The notes beneath the pieces were generated by a model that had not been told where the DNA came from, did not search any database, and worked only from the letters and a program-made list of their open reading frames with translations. A DNA stretch of 64,000 nt from Acidimicrobiales bacterium (GTDB lineage Bacteria > Actinomycetota > Acidimicrobiia > Acidimicrobiales > JBBRKR01): the NCBI GenBank assembly GCA_038231795.1, contig JBBRKR010000004.1, positions 68,651 through 132,650 of the forward strand, in the 5' to 3' direction. Positions 48,235 to 57,518 of this stretch are shown piece by piece. Position 1 is the stretch's first letter; every line of letters begins with the position of its first letter. A program made the translations under genes and the position numbers.

Positions 48235-49194
48235 ATGTCTACTGAGCTTCCGGTGCTGTTCTTCGATCGCGATCTGCCTGAGGACTTCCGCGATCTCGTC
48301 CACGGTCGCGCCGTACCCGTCGGGCCCGATCCCTCCGACCTCGCTCGAGCCGACGCTGTCGTCGCCGGAATGCATCGGTGGGATGCCCAGTCGATGGCCG
48401 CCGGCCCGCGCCTGCGAGTGATCTCGCGGACCGGCGTGGGCTACGACACGGTAGACGTCGCCGCAGCTACGGCGGCCGGCATTACCGTGTGCTACGCCCC
48501 GATGGCACCGACGGTGTCGACGGCCGAGCACACAATCGCCCTAATGATGGCCGTCACCAAGTTCCTGCGCTCAGCGCATGACAGAGCCCGCGACGGCCTC
48601 GGCGGCGGCCCGGCAACCGCACTGGAACTCGACGGACGGACGTTGGGGCTGCTCGGTTACGGACGCATCGCTCGCCGTGTCGCGGTCGTGGGCAAGGCAC
48701 TGGGCATGACCGTGATCGCTCATGATCCGCTCGTCGCCCACGACGATTCTGGCGTCACGCGACTCGTGGCCTTCAACGAACTCTTCGAAGGCAGCGACGT
48801 GCTGTCGCTGCACGCACCGGCCACGTTGGCGACGCGTCATGTGGTGAACACCTCGACCCTCGCGATGATGCGGCCAGGCGGCTACGTGATCAACTGCGCC
48901 CGCGGTGGCCTAGTCGATCAGGACGCGCTGCTGCTCGCGCTCGACACCGACCACCTCGCCGGCGCCGGTCTCGACGTCACAGAACCCGAACCACTGCCAC
49001 TCGGACATCCTCTGCTCACCCATCCCCGAGTGATAATCACGCCGCACATAGCGTCGGGCACGGTAGCTGGGCGCCGCCGCTTGTACGAGCACGCGATCGA
49101 CAACGCGCTCACTACATTGGCGGGCACACCCACCAACGTCGTACCCGAACAGGTTGACCGGCAAAGCGCCGCTCCGACCGACCGGACCGGCTGA
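48235..49194 (+). CDS. D-isomer-specific 2-hydroxyacid dehydrogenase family protein
   Basis: NAD motif GLLGYGRIARRVA, plus NCARGGLVD and ITPHIAS. Confidence 0.85.
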   Translation: MSTELPVLFFDRDLPEDFRDLVHGRAVPVGPDPSDLARADAVVAGMHRWDAQSMAAGPRLRVISRTGVGYDTVDVAAATAAGITVCYAPMAPTVSTAEHTIALMMAVTKFLRSAHDRARDGLGGGPATALELDGRTLGLLGYGRIARRVAVVGKALGMTVIAHDPLVAHDDSGVTRLVAFNELFEGSDVLSLHAPATLATRHVVNTSTLAMMRPGGYVINCARGGLVDQDALLLALDTDHLAGAGLDVTEPEPLPLGHPLLTHPRVIITPHIASGTVAGRRRLYEHAIDNALTTLAGTPTNVVPEQVDRQSAAPTDRTG

Positions 49195-49227
49195 CACTGG
49201 TCACGTGGCCGTGGTAGAACAGTTCCT

Positions 49228-50004
49228 ATGAACCTTCGAGAACTGTGGTCCGACCAGCAACCGACCTTTGGAGCATGGCTCACCGTCGCCTCGCCCGTCA
49301 GCGCCGAAGCAACGGCACGGGTCGGGTTCGACTACGTGTGCGCCGACAACCAACACGGGGCGATGGACTACCAGGCGACGGTCGGCATCGTGCAGGCCGT
49401 GCTGCTCGCAGGATCACGCCCGATTGCCCGGGTCCCGTGGAACGAGCCAGGAGTCATCGGCAAAATGTTCGATGCCGGATGCGAAGGCGTCGTGGTCCCA
49501 ATGGTCAACACAGTCGCCGAAGCCGAGGCCGTGGTGCACGCCAGCCGCTACCCACCACTGGGCGAGCGAAGCTTCGGGCCAGTGATGGCGAGCATGCGCG
49601 TTGCAGACTACTCAGCCACGGCCAACGACCAACTTGCCGTAATCCCGATGATCGAAACTTCGCAGGCAGTGCGCAACATCGACGACATCCTTGCCGTTCC
49701 CGGCATCGACGCCATCTACGTCGGGCCAGCCGATCTCTCACTCAGCCTCGGGTTGCCACCCGGTAACAACGACGACCGGGAAGAGTTCACCGAGGCACTG
49801 CTGACCATCGTCGCAGCATGCCGGCGCGCTGGCGTGGTGCCAGGAATCCACTCCACCGGTGCTCTGGCCGAGCGCCGGCTACAGCAGGGATTTCACATGA
49901 TCACCGTGTGTGGGGACATGCTGGCCATGCGGACGCGCATGGCCGAGGAACTCGCCCAGGCTCGCGGCGCTGAACGCCCCGACGGCACCAAGTCGATCTA
50001 CTGA
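49228..50004 (+). CDS. HpcH/HpaI family aldolase
   Basis: 258-aa ORF with GFDYVCADNQHGAMDY, VPMVNTVAEAE and IETSQAVRNIDDI, typical of HpcH/HpaI. Confidence 0.85.
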   Translation: MNLRELWSDQQPTFGAWLTVASPVSAEATARVGFDYVCADNQHGAMDYQATVGIVQAVLLAGSRPIARVPWNEPGVIGKMFDAGCEGVVVPMVNTVAEAEAVVHASRYPPLGERSFGPVMASMRVADYSATANDQLAVIPMIETSQAVRNIDDILAVPGIDAIYVGPADLSLSLGLPPGNNDDREEFTEALLTIVAACRRAGVVPGIHSTGALAERRLQQGFHMITVCGDMLAMRTRMAEELAQARGAERPDGTKSIY

Positions 50005-50017
50005 CGCTCTGTGGGGT

Positions 50018-50195
50018 GCGACGCAATGAAGGCGGACAATCCTCGTGCTTTGAAAAAGAGACACACACATTGACCGAGCAGGCTCGCAAACAATTCCCTG
50101 AGCCGGTCAAAGGTCGTATTTTTGGCAACGAGAGCGGATCCTTTGGGAGGGCTTACAAACCCTCCCGAACACCTGAAACACTTGTTGAATGTCGG
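50018..50195 (+). repeat. structured repeat family, copy R5 (full length, diverged)
   Basis: Aligns with R3 and R2 over 5' arm GGCGGACAATCCTCGTGCTTTGAAAAAGAGAC, internal hairpin TTGACCG(50070-50076)/CGGTCAA(50104-50110), degenerate palindrome, 3' hairpin GGGAGGG(50145-51)-cttacaaa-CCCTCCC(50160-66), and tail CGAACACCTGAAAC. Lies between convergent genes. Confidence 0.8.
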
Positions 50196-50270
50196 TGCTG
50201 AGAAGTCCATACGCGAGCTACACGTCGGTGGCATTAGCCGGACCGCCGCCCTCCGCTTGCCGCCGACAGA

Positions 50271-50669
50271 TCAGATCTCGGCGATGACGTCGATCTCGAT
50301 CAGGCTCCGTGGATCGAAAAGCGACTGCACGCCGTACATCGTTGTGCTGGCGGTGGGCCAGTTTTCACCGAACACCTCTCCCAGGCCAGCGAACAGGCCC
50401 TCTGCCATCGACGGTTCCCAGCCCACAATGAGAAGGTTCATCCTCACGACATCGTCCCATGTGGCACCACCGGCAGCCAACGCTATTTCGACATTGCGCA
50501 GAGCCTTCGCAGCTTGCGACGCGAGGTCCGACCCAACGACTACACCGTCGGCGCCGACACCGGTCTGCCCAGCGATATACACACGACGAGTGTCAGACGC
50601 AATGACAACGTGCGCGTAGCCCACAGGCTTCACAAGCCCAGCAGGACGGATTATTTTCTCGATGCTCAT
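50271..50669 (-). CDS. RidA family protein (YjgF/endoribonuclease L-PSP fold)
   Basis: MSIEKIIRPAGLVKPVGYAHVVI...VYIAGQTGVGADG. Start set at the ATG at 50669. Confidence 0.8.
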   Translation of the reverse strand: MSIEKIIRPAGLVKPVGYAHVVIASDTRRVYIAGQTGVGADGVVVGSDLASQAAKALRNVEIALAAGGATWDDVVRMNLLIVGWEPSMAEGLFAGLGEVFGENWPTASTTMYGVQSLFDPRSLIEIDVIAEI

Positions 50670-50754
50670 TCCCGCAGTGTAATCACGGGCGTGAAGCGGT
50701 TCGTCGAGTAGCTCGGAGTCTCGCGGGTTGATCCGGGTCTGCGAGGCTACGTAC

Positions 50755-51729
50755 ATGCGCTATCGACGACTGGGCCGGACCGCTCTCCAGGTCAGCGAGC
50801 TGTGCCTCGGCACGATGAACTTCGGGCCCCAGACGCCCGAGGAAGAGTCGTTCGCGATCATGGACCGCGCCGTTGAGCTCGGAATCAACTTCTTCGACAC
50901 CGCGAACCGGTACGGCGGTGACAAGGGTGCCGGTGCCACCGAGTCGATTATCGGACGTTGGTTCGCCCAGGGCGGCGGCCGGCGGAACAAGATCGTCCTG
51001 GCGACGAAGCTATTCGGAGCAATGTCCGAGTGGCCCAATGACGGCCGACTCTCAGCGCGTCACATCCGCATGGCCTGTGAGGAGAGTCTGCGGCGGATGC
51101 AGACCGACCACATCGACCTTTACCAGATGCACCACGTTGATCGGACGGCACCATGGGAAGAGGTCTGGCAGGCGATGGACACCTTGATCCAGCAGGGCAA
51201 GATCACCTATGTCGGAAGCAGCAATTTCGCCGGCTGGCACATCGCTCGAGCCAACGAGGCTGCTGCCCGCCTCCACACGCTCGGACTGGTCAGCGAGCAG
51301 AGCCACTACAACCTCCTCGTCCGGACCGTCGAACTCGAGGTGCTGCCGGCGTGTCGCGAATACGGCGTTGGCGTCATCCCGTGGAGCCCGCTCTCGAGTG
51401 GCCTGCTCGGCGGCGTGCTTGGCGACTCGGACCGCGCTCGACGCCAGTCCCCCCAATCGTTGAAGCGGATCGACAAGCTGCGCCCGCAGCTGGAGCGATG
51501 GGAGATGCTGTGCGCTGACCTCGCTGAGGAGCCCGCAGCTGTGGCGTTGGCTTGGCTTCTCGCCCAAGATGGCGTCACCTGCCCGATCATCGGCCCCCGC
51601 ACCGTTGGCCAGCTCGACGGCGCGTCGCTGCGCTCTTTGGAAGTCACGCTTGATCCCGACACGCTACAAGCGATCGACGCCATCTTCCCCGGCCCCGGCG
51701 GCACTGCGCCCGAAGCGTACGCCTGGTAG
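50755..51729 (+). CDS. aldo/keto reductase
   Basis: MRYRRLGRTALQVSELCLGTMNFG, FFDTANRYG, and IDLYQMHHVD. Confidence 0.9.
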   Translation: MRYRRLGRTALQVSELCLGTMNFGPQTPEEESFAIMDRAVELGINFFDTANRYGGDKGAGATESIIGRWFAQGGGRRNKIVLATKLFGAMSEWPNDGRLSARHIRMACEESLRRMQTDHIDLYQMHHVDRTAPWEEVWQAMDTLIQQGKITYVGSSNFAGWHIARANEAAARLHTLGLVSEQSHYNLLVRTVELEVLPACREYGVGVIPWSPLSSGLLGGVLGDSDRARRQSPQSLKRIDKLRPQLERWEMLCADLAEEPAAVALAWLLAQDGVTCPIIGPRTVGQLDGASLRSLEVTLDPDTLQAIDAIFPGPGGTAPEAYAW

Positions 51730-51830
51730 CCGGTTCAACCGCGGCGAGCATCTGCTTCCCCGATTTCGCAGCGCCCCGGCGACCGTAACTGATGTGGCTA
51801 CCGGCGAGCATGCCGTTTATGGTGACCAGC

Positions 51831-52604
51831 ATGAACAGCCACTATCTTCCGTCGTTCTCCCTCGCGGGTCGGGTGGCTCTTGTCACCGGTGCGAGTCGCG
51901 GTATCGGGCGCGGGTTGGCCGAGGCGTTGGCTGCGGCCGGAGCGACGGTCGCCGTCACGGCCCGTGCGCGTGAAGACGCCCACGCTGTCGCAGATTCCAT
52001 CGTCACGGCGGGCGGTGTCGCCTCATCGCACACCCTCGATGTTCGCGATGTGGGGTCCATTCGGGCAGCGATCGAGGAGGTGGTCGATCGCTTCGGACGG
52101 CTCGACATTCTTGTCGCCAACGCAGGGCTCGGAGCCAACCATGCTGCCACCGACGTTACCGAGAACGACTGGGACGAGATGATGGCGGTCAACTCGAAAG
52201 GTCTGTTCTTCACGGCCCAAGCTGCTGGCAGGGTGATGGTCAACCAGGGGTGGGGCCGCATCATTGCGATTAGCTCCCAGGCTTCGTTAGTCGGCATTCG
52301 CGATCACGTCGTCTACTGCGCGTCGAAGGGTGCGGTGAACCAGATGGTGAGGGTTCTCGCCCTCGAATGGGGCGCGAGCGGAGTGACGGTGAACGCAGTC
52401 GCCCCCACGTTCATCTACACGCCGGGCACCGCCGATCGCCTCGATGACCCTGCGTACAGACGTACAGTCGTCGAACGGATTCCAATGGGCAAGGTCGGTG
52501 AGATTGCCGATGTCGCGGGGGCGGTGGTCTTCCTCGCGTCAGACGCGGCAGCCATGGTCAACGGTGTGATCCTGCCCGTCGACGGAGGTTGGACAGCGCA
52601 GTAG
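51831..52604 (+). CDS. SDR family oxidoreductase
   Basis: ALVTGASRGIGRG cofactor motif, NAG, and YCASKGAV catalytic motif. Confidence 0.85.
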   Translation: MNSHYLPSFSLAGRVALVTGASRGIGRGLAEALAAAGATVAVTARAREDAHAVADSIVTAGGVASSHTLDVRDVGSIRAAIEEVVDRFGRLDILVANAGLGANHAATDVTENDWDEMMAVNSKGLFFTAQAAGRVMVNQGWGRIIAISSQASLVGIRDHVVYCASKGAVNQMVRVLALEWGASGVTVNAVAPTFIYTPGTADRLDDPAYRRTVVERIPMGKVGEIADVAGAVVFLASDAAAMVNGVILPVDGGWTAQ

Positions 52605-52614
52605 ATCCCCACCC

Positions 52615-52660
52615 TCGGTTTTGATCGGGAAGGGTTACCGCACACCTGGAACAACTCGGG
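52615..52660 (+). repeat. possible short degenerate fragment of the repeat family (3' tail only)
   Basis: CCGCACACCTGGAACAACTCGG resembles the tails of R3 (CCGAACACCTAAACAAACTGG) and R5 (CCGAACACCTGAAACACTTG). The match is short and could be chance. Confidence 0.3.
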
Positions 52661-53177
52661 ATCCCGCTTCGAGCAAACGAGCTCAAAATAGCCGTTCACG
52701 ACGTTGTCGAAGTATTACGTCGGTATGACACATGGCAGTCCCCCGGCTGCCCTAGCAGGCGCCTTCAGCGTCGCCGACTCGGCCCCCGATAGCCGTCCCA
52801 TGTCCTTGGACCGGCGATCTGGGAAGAGAATGATGTCGATCTCGGCCCGGTTCCGCGCTCACGCAAGCGTCGATAGGTCCGCTCATTCCCGCACGATCCG
52901 ATCGCTCCGGACCATCTCTTGACAATCCGAAAACGTCGTTCGAGTCGCTAGCACAGCCAGGTACGGGGTCTCGTTCGGTCTGCTGGCGGTCGGCGTGGCG
53001 GGATAGTGGTGATCCGTGTAAATGTCAGGCAGGATGCGTTCGCGCGATGATGCTTCCCGCCCTCGTGCCACTACGTACAGCTTCACCGCCGGCAACTGGA
53101 TCGTCTACGACTTCGACTGGGCCAACGCCAACTGATGCCAGGATTGCCCGTCGTACTTCAGCCCCTAATGCCAATCC

Positions 53178-53661
53178 CTACCTTGACGCCAGCCGACCTT
53201 CGCTGCTAGCCGCGAAGTAGCAGGGGTACATGGCGGCTAGTTGGTCGGTGCCGCAATATTTGCACTTCGTCGCTGCTGGCACCAGGTCGTTGGACAAGCA
53301 TGCCGGACACGTCTTGACCGGGGCTGGCGAGCCGAACACAGTGACGCCTCGCTTCGCCGAGATTGCCTTGTACGGGATCACGATGGCGAAATACAACACG
53401 GCCACGAACACGATGAAGTAGATGACCGCAGAAATAAACGAGCCGAAATCCAAGAAGGTCTTGGCGTTGCCAGCGTCGCCTAGTTGTACGCCAAGCCCTG
53501 CCGCACTTTTACCCTGAACACGGTTCAGCAATGGATTGATCATGAAATCTGTGAAACGCCTTGATCAGCGTGCTGACTGCTAGCGCAACCATCAAGCCGA
53601 TCGCGATGACAATGACGTCACCGCGCAACAGAAAGTTCTTGAAACCCTTGATGATCGAATT
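53178..53661 (-). pseudogene. mscL: large-conductance mechanosensitive channel MscL with C-terminal zinc-ribbon-like tail; frameshifted and lacking a canonical start
   Basis: Upper ORF ...SIIKGFKNFLLRGDVIVIAIGLMVALAVSTLIKAF and lower ORF MINPLLNRVQG...FISAVIYFIVFVAVLYFAIVIPY...CPACLSNDLVPAATKCKYCGTD together make an MscL. The frames differ. Removing one base near 53553 restores KAFTDFMINPLLNR. The first codon is AAT/ATC where ATG is expected, after a GGGAGA Shine-Dalgarno sequence. Confidence 0.7.
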
Positions 53662-53899
53662 TCTCCCTACTGTGAGGTACTCGGGAATACGCACCTCAGC
53701 AGTACCCCAACTACACATCAACCTGGCTGTGGGGATGGAGCTTGGTGGGGCTTCGAACTTATTCAAGGTCTTCTTCATCGCCAAAAGAACGGGCATGAGC
53801 GACACCATGACCGGGTGGTTTGCCGCGTCGGCCTCCTGACCGGGCAAGGGGCCAACTTCCAACTTCCCACCTGACACAAACACCCGTCCCAGCATCCGC

Positions 53900-54025
53900 C
53901 CAGTTGCTGAGCAACTCGACGGCCAGAATTTCCACTGAGCAGATCAAACGTTGCAAATTTGGCAACGATCAGTGGACCTTATGGAACAGCTTTCAAACCC
54001 CACTCGCCGACCAGTACAACATCGC
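53900..54025 (+). repeat. structured repeat family, copy R1 (lacks the 5' arm)
   Basis: Hairpin AGTTGC-tga-GCAACT (53902-53916), CACTGAGCAGATCAA, palindrome GTTGCAAATTTGGCAAC (53950-53966), then GATCAGTGGACCTTATGGAACAGCTTTCAAACCCCACTCGCCGACCAGTACAACATCGC. Confidence 0.85.
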
Positions 54026-54050
54026 AGATGGCTTCAAACGAGGAACCGCT

Positions 54051-54455
54051 CGTCCGTCAATGAGTTTTGAATGCTCCGACACCGTTTGGGAATATTACGT
54101 GTCCGCTGTCGATGGGTTCGTGACGGTCACACCAGAGTACAACTACTCGACGTCCGGAGCGCTCAAAAATGCGCTGGACTACCTGTATCGAGAGTGGAAC
54201 GACAAGGCGGTCGGTTTCGTGTCCTACGGCAGCACTGGTGGAACTTGAGCTGTAGCACACCTCCGCCTCATCGCCGCTGAGCTCAAGCTTGCCGACGTGC
54301 GTGGGCAGGTTGCGTTGACGCTCGGCAGCGACTTCGAGGAGTACCGCACGTTCGTCCCAAACGAACGTGCTCGGCGATCGCCAGACGCCGTGCTCAGCGA
54401 GGTCCTCGCCTGGTCAACCGCACTCGCTGGTCTCCGCACAGCCCAGGAGAAATGA
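54051..54455 (+). pseudogene. NADPH-dependent FMN reductase, 5'-truncated and carrying an in-frame TGA
   Basis: RPSMSFECSDTVWEYYVSAVDGFVTVTPEYNYSTSGALKNALDYLYREWNDKAVGFVSYGSTGGT-TGA(54246-54248)-AVAHLRLIAAELKLADVRGQVAL... The Rossmann N-terminus (roughly the first 55 residues in homologues) is missing. The stop sits where homologues have Arg (CGA). Confidence 0.7.
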
Positions 54456-54536
54456 CGCTCGTCCACCTCGACCCGATCGGAAGCGTGTCAGTTCGCAGCC
54501 CCGGCCGGCCTTGGCGCTGCCTGGGAACCAGCAGCG

Positions 54537-54625
54537 TTACATTACGGACAGTTGATCGGTAACGCAGTATTTGCATTTCGTCGCGGCCGGCGCTGGATGG
54601 GGTGCAGCGAGACACCGAGCCCCAA
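54537..54625 (-). pseudogene. second, 3'-terminal remnant of an mscL-like gene (zinc-ribbon tail only)
   Basis: Minus translation FGVGARCLAAPHPAPAATKCKYCVTDQLSVM-stop parallels FGSPAPVKTCPACLSNDLVPAATKCKYCGTDQLAAM of the gene at 53178. Nucleotide similarity is visible (AGTTGATCGGTAACGCAGTATTTGCATTTCGTCGC versus AGTTGGTCGGTGCCGCAATATTTGCACTTCGTCGC). Confidence 0.55.
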
Positions 54626-54637
54626 CCCCGAATTATG

Positions 54638-54814
54638 CGCGAACGTAGACGAGAATGGACTGCTCCTTTGGGTTTGAAACAAGCGACGAACGTTATGTGG
54701 CGATCGAACACGCGCCACATACTCTGAACAGGTAAAACGTTGCAAATTTGGCAACAACTGGTGGGCCTTTTGGGACGACGTTCAAACCCCACTCCCCGAC
54801 CGGTCCAACGTCGG
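54638..54814 (+). repeat. structured repeat family, copy R2 (full length)
   Basis: 5' arm CTCCTTTGGGTTTGAAACAAGCGAC, hairpin ATGTGGCG(54695-54702)/CGCCACAT(54713-54720), palindrome GTTGCAAATTTGGCAAC (54739-54755), then AACTGGTGGGCCTTTTGGGACGACGTTCAAACCCCACTCCCCGACCGGTCCAACGTCGG. Confidence 0.85.
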
Positions 54815-54954
54815 ATTCACCGGCCGGACGTCGAGTTCTTAGTTGTTGAGTACAAGGGTGGAAGTGCGAAGCCGGTCGTCGGGACCTCCGATTCACGGAC
54901 GTCGCCCGAGTTACCCATCGTCGATGTAATGCTTGCTATACCGCAACTATTGCT

Positions 54955-55467
54955 ATGGTGCACGACGTGGCGAGAGAAGCGAGAGGCGATCCGATGTCGA
55001 TCGACAAGAACGCCGAGGACGCAGTTGTTTCCCTGGTGCTGACCACATCGAGGGCGTTGGTCGGTGTTGCAGCCCGATCGCTGAGCACACTCGGCGACGA
55101 TGTCACGCTGCCGCAGTATCGGGGCCTCGTTATCTTGGCGGCCCGCGGCCCCCAGGGCGTCGGCGCACTCGCCCAGGCCCTGTCCATCCATCCGTCGAAC
55201 GCAACCCGATTGTGCGATCGGCTTGCCCGCAAGCAGTTGATCGAACGTCACGTCTCGCAGGAGAGTCGCCGGGAAGTCACGGTGGCTGTGACCAGCGCTG
55301 GGAGGCAGCTACTGGCGGCAGTGACGAAACAGCGAGCGTCCGAGATCCGTGCGATCGTGCGCCTCATGCCGGTTGGTCAGTGGCCGCAAGTGGTCGGCGC
55401 TCTCGGTGTCTTTGCGGACGCTGCCGGCGAAGCGCCCGACGATGCGTGGAAGCTGGGTTGGACATGA
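54955..55467 (+). CDS. MarR family transcriptional regulator
   Basis: LPQYRGLVILAARGPQGVGALAQALSIHPSNATRLCDRLARKQLIER is a MarR winged HTH. Its stop overlaps the ClC start (ATGA). Start may be ATG 54994. Confidence 0.85.
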   Translation: MVHDVAREARGDPMSIDKNAEDAVVSLVLTTSRALVGVAARSLSTLGDDVTLPQYRGLVILAARGPQGVGALAQALSIHPSNATRLCDRLARKQLIERHVSQESRREVTVAVTSAGRQLLAAVTKQRASEIRAIVRLMPVGQWPQVVGALGVFADAAGEAPDDAWKLGWT

Positions 55468-56810
55468 ACTCCTCAAACTGGCTGCCTACGCACCGGCGCG
55501 AGGAACTTAGGGCGATAGCCACCCGCTCGCATCAGGTGGTGACCTTCGCGGCCGCGGTCGGCGTCATCACGGGATTGCTGGTCGCAGGGTTCGACCGCCT
55601 CGTCGTCGACGTTTTGATCGATCGGGTGCTGAAACTGTCGCCGTGGCTGATCGCATTCCTCCCCGGCATCGGTCTACTCGTTGCGTTCGCGTCACGTCGG
55701 TTCATAGGTGGTGGGGTTTCGGCATCCACAGCCGATGAGTATCTGCACGCGTTCCATGACAGGGAATATGTACTTGGGTGGCGGCCGTTCGTGGCCCGCA
55801 TGGTCGCGGCCGTCGCAACACTCGGTGCGGGCGGTCCAATGGGTTTGGAAGGCCCATCTATGTACTCCGGCGCCGTTTTCGGTTCCGCGCTGCAACGGCG
55901 TTTCCCGAGAGTTTTTGGGCAAGCAGACCGACGGATTCTGCTGGTCGCCGGCGCAGCGGCAGGAGTGGCGGCAATCTTCAAGGCGCCCGCCACTGGCGCC
56001 GTCTTCGCACTCGAAGTCCCCTACCAGGACGACTTGGCCCGTCGGATGTTGCTCCCCGCTTTGGTCGCCAGCGCGACCGGCTACCTCACGTTCGCCGCAA
56101 TCAACGGCACTACGCCGCTGTTCCACATCGAGAGTACCGCAGGGTTCGTTCTCCGTGACTTGCTCGGCGCGGTCGGGGTTGGATTGATCGCCGGTGTCGG
56201 CGCCCGCGGGTTCTCATGGATGCTCCGCAGGGCCAAGTCCTTGGCCGGCAAACCCCATCCAGTGTTCGGTGCCGTCGCCGCCGGCGTCGGGTTCGCAGGG
56301 ATGTTTGGCCTCGGACGCCTGCTCACCGGGCAGTCGCTGATGGTCGGCGCCGGCTATCAGGTCGTCGCCTGGGCATCGATCCCAGGACGCACAATCTGGC
56401 TGCTACTGGCGGTGCTTGCCCTTCGTTGCCTTGCGACCTCGGTCACCGTCGCAGGCGGCGGAGTCGGTGGTCTATTCATCCCGCTCGTGGTGAGCGGAGC
56501 GCTTACCGGTGCCGTCATCGGTACTGCGATCGACCAGTTCGACCTCAACCTGTTCATAATCGTCGGCGTCGCCGCGTTCCTGGGCGCCGGATACCGGGTC
56601 CCGCTGGCGGCGGTCGTGTTCATCGCCGAAACCACCGGACGACCCACCTTCGTCGTGCCCGGTCTTCTTGCGGCCGTCGCCGCGGAGTTGATGATGGGTA
56701 CCTCCTCGGTCACCAAGTATCAGCGGATCACCACCGTCACACTCTCAAGATCCCCCACGGAGGAGACCGCCAGGCTCGACGACGAACTGGAGAGCGGCCA
56801 CGACTCGTAA
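55464..56810 (+). CDS. voltage-gated chloride channel (ClC) family protein
   Basis: Polytopic membrane protein with GPMGLEGPSMYSG (G-x-E-G-P selectivity motif), GAGYRVPLAAVVFIAE and GGLFIP. Confidence 0.85.
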   Translation: MNSSNWLPTHRREELRAIATRSHQVVTFAAAVGVITGLLVAGFDRLVVDVLIDRVLKLSPWLIAFLPGIGLLVAFASRRFIGGGVSASTADEYLHAFHDREYVLGWRPFVARMVAAVATLGAGGPMGLEGPSMYSGAVFGSALQRRFPRVFGQADRRILLVAGAAAGVAAIFKAPATGAVFALEVPYQDDLARRMLLPALVASATGYLTFAAINGTTPLFHIESTAGFVLRDLLGAVGVGLIAGVGARGFSWMLRRAKSLAGKPHPVFGAVAAGVGFAGMFGLGRLLTGQSLMVGAGYQVVAWASIPGRTIWLLLAVLALRCLATSVTVAGGGVGGLFIPLVVSGALTGAVIGTAIDQFDLNLFIIVGVAAFLGAGYRVPLAAVVFIAETTGRPTFVVPGLLAAVAAELMMGTSSVTKYQRITTVTLSRSPTEETARLDDELESGHDS

Positions 56811-56929
56811 GGCGCCACACAGACGAGCACGGACCTTCCACCGATCGATCCGACCAACCCGGTGGGGCGATTCACGCACCGACAACCCGATGCAGACCGC
56901 CAGCGGATCCTTAACTCGTTGGCGGTCGG

Positions 56930-56985
56930 ACAACATAGGCATTGGCTAGGTCGGGTCTGCACTTAAAACACCTGCCAGGTGGGTT
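56930..56985 (+). repeat. possible internally deleted fragment of the repeat family
   Basis: ACATAGGCATTGGCTAGGTC resembles ACATAGGATCTGAGTAGGTACC of R3. AACACCTGCCAGGTGGGTTG resembles the R3 tail AACACCT...GGTAGGTGGGGG. Weak. Confidence 0.3.
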
Positions 56986-57034
56986 GATGCGGCGGTCGCT
57001 CGTGACCCCAAGCGCCGTTCGCATCGGTCTGGAC

Positions 57035-57117
57035 CCGTGCCAAGGACCGCCAGCCTGTTCACCCCGGAGGAAACGGGACAGCTTTCAAAACCCGCTCTCC
57101 GAACAGCGCAACGCTGG
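57035..57117 (+). repeat. structured repeat family, copy R6 (3' half)
   Basis: CGGAGGAAACGGGACAGCTTTCAAAACCCGCTCTCCGAACAGCGCAACGCTGG. Nested pairing CGGAG(57065-69)..CGGG(57074-77)/CCCG(57091-94)..CTCCG(57097-101). Confidence 0.7.
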
Positions 57118-57518
57118 CATCGCCCGTCGGCATCCCCGACCACACTGCCGCTGCCCACCTACAGCACCACGGGATAGCCCGACGTCCCTCGACCCGCGCA
57201 AGATGATCGACGTGGAGGTAGATGCACTCCCCACGACAATGCTCGGCAGTACAGATTGCGCTGCGCTCGTGGCGCAATGTTGCGACAACGCTCGCGGGGT
57301 ATGGGTCTGTGAGCACCGCATCACCATCACGGACGCAGCCGGCACCATCATCGAGAGCGATGAAGAGACTGGGGCAGCGGATGCGGGCATCTCAGTCCGC
57401 ACAGGAGGCACGGTTCGATATCGGTCGAATCCATCGCCGGGTTCTGGACGTTCGCGATCGTCCGTCGGAGGCTCTGGTGTCTTCGAATTGGGGGATTAGC
57501 GAGACTAGCGTCGCTGGC

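Noticed and set aside
50122-50619. 165-aa plus-strand ORF starting inside repeat R5
   Set aside because: Most of it runs antisense through the well-supported RidA gene (50271..50669). Only its first roughly 25 codons, inside the repeat, are of interest, and they are discussed in the findings.
53950-53966. Reading TTGGCA/TTGCA within the palindrome GTTGCAAATTTGGCAAC as a sigma-54 (-24/-12) promoter
   Set aside because: The GG and GC elements are not in the required GG-N10-GC spacing and order on either strand. RpoN is not expected in Actinobacteria.
54246-54248. In-frame TGA in the FMN reductase as a selenocysteine or read-through codon
   Set aside because: Homologues have Arg, not Cys, at this position. 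No SECIS-like hairpin is evident immediately downstream, and the gene is also missing its N-terminal third, so a nonsense mutation in a pseudogene is the simpler reading.
54933-55463. Upstream 177 codons of the 625-aa ORF 54933..56810
   Set aside because: It overlaps the MarR gene in another frame and is Arg-rich junk. The ClC protein begins at ATG 55464, which overlaps the MarR stop.
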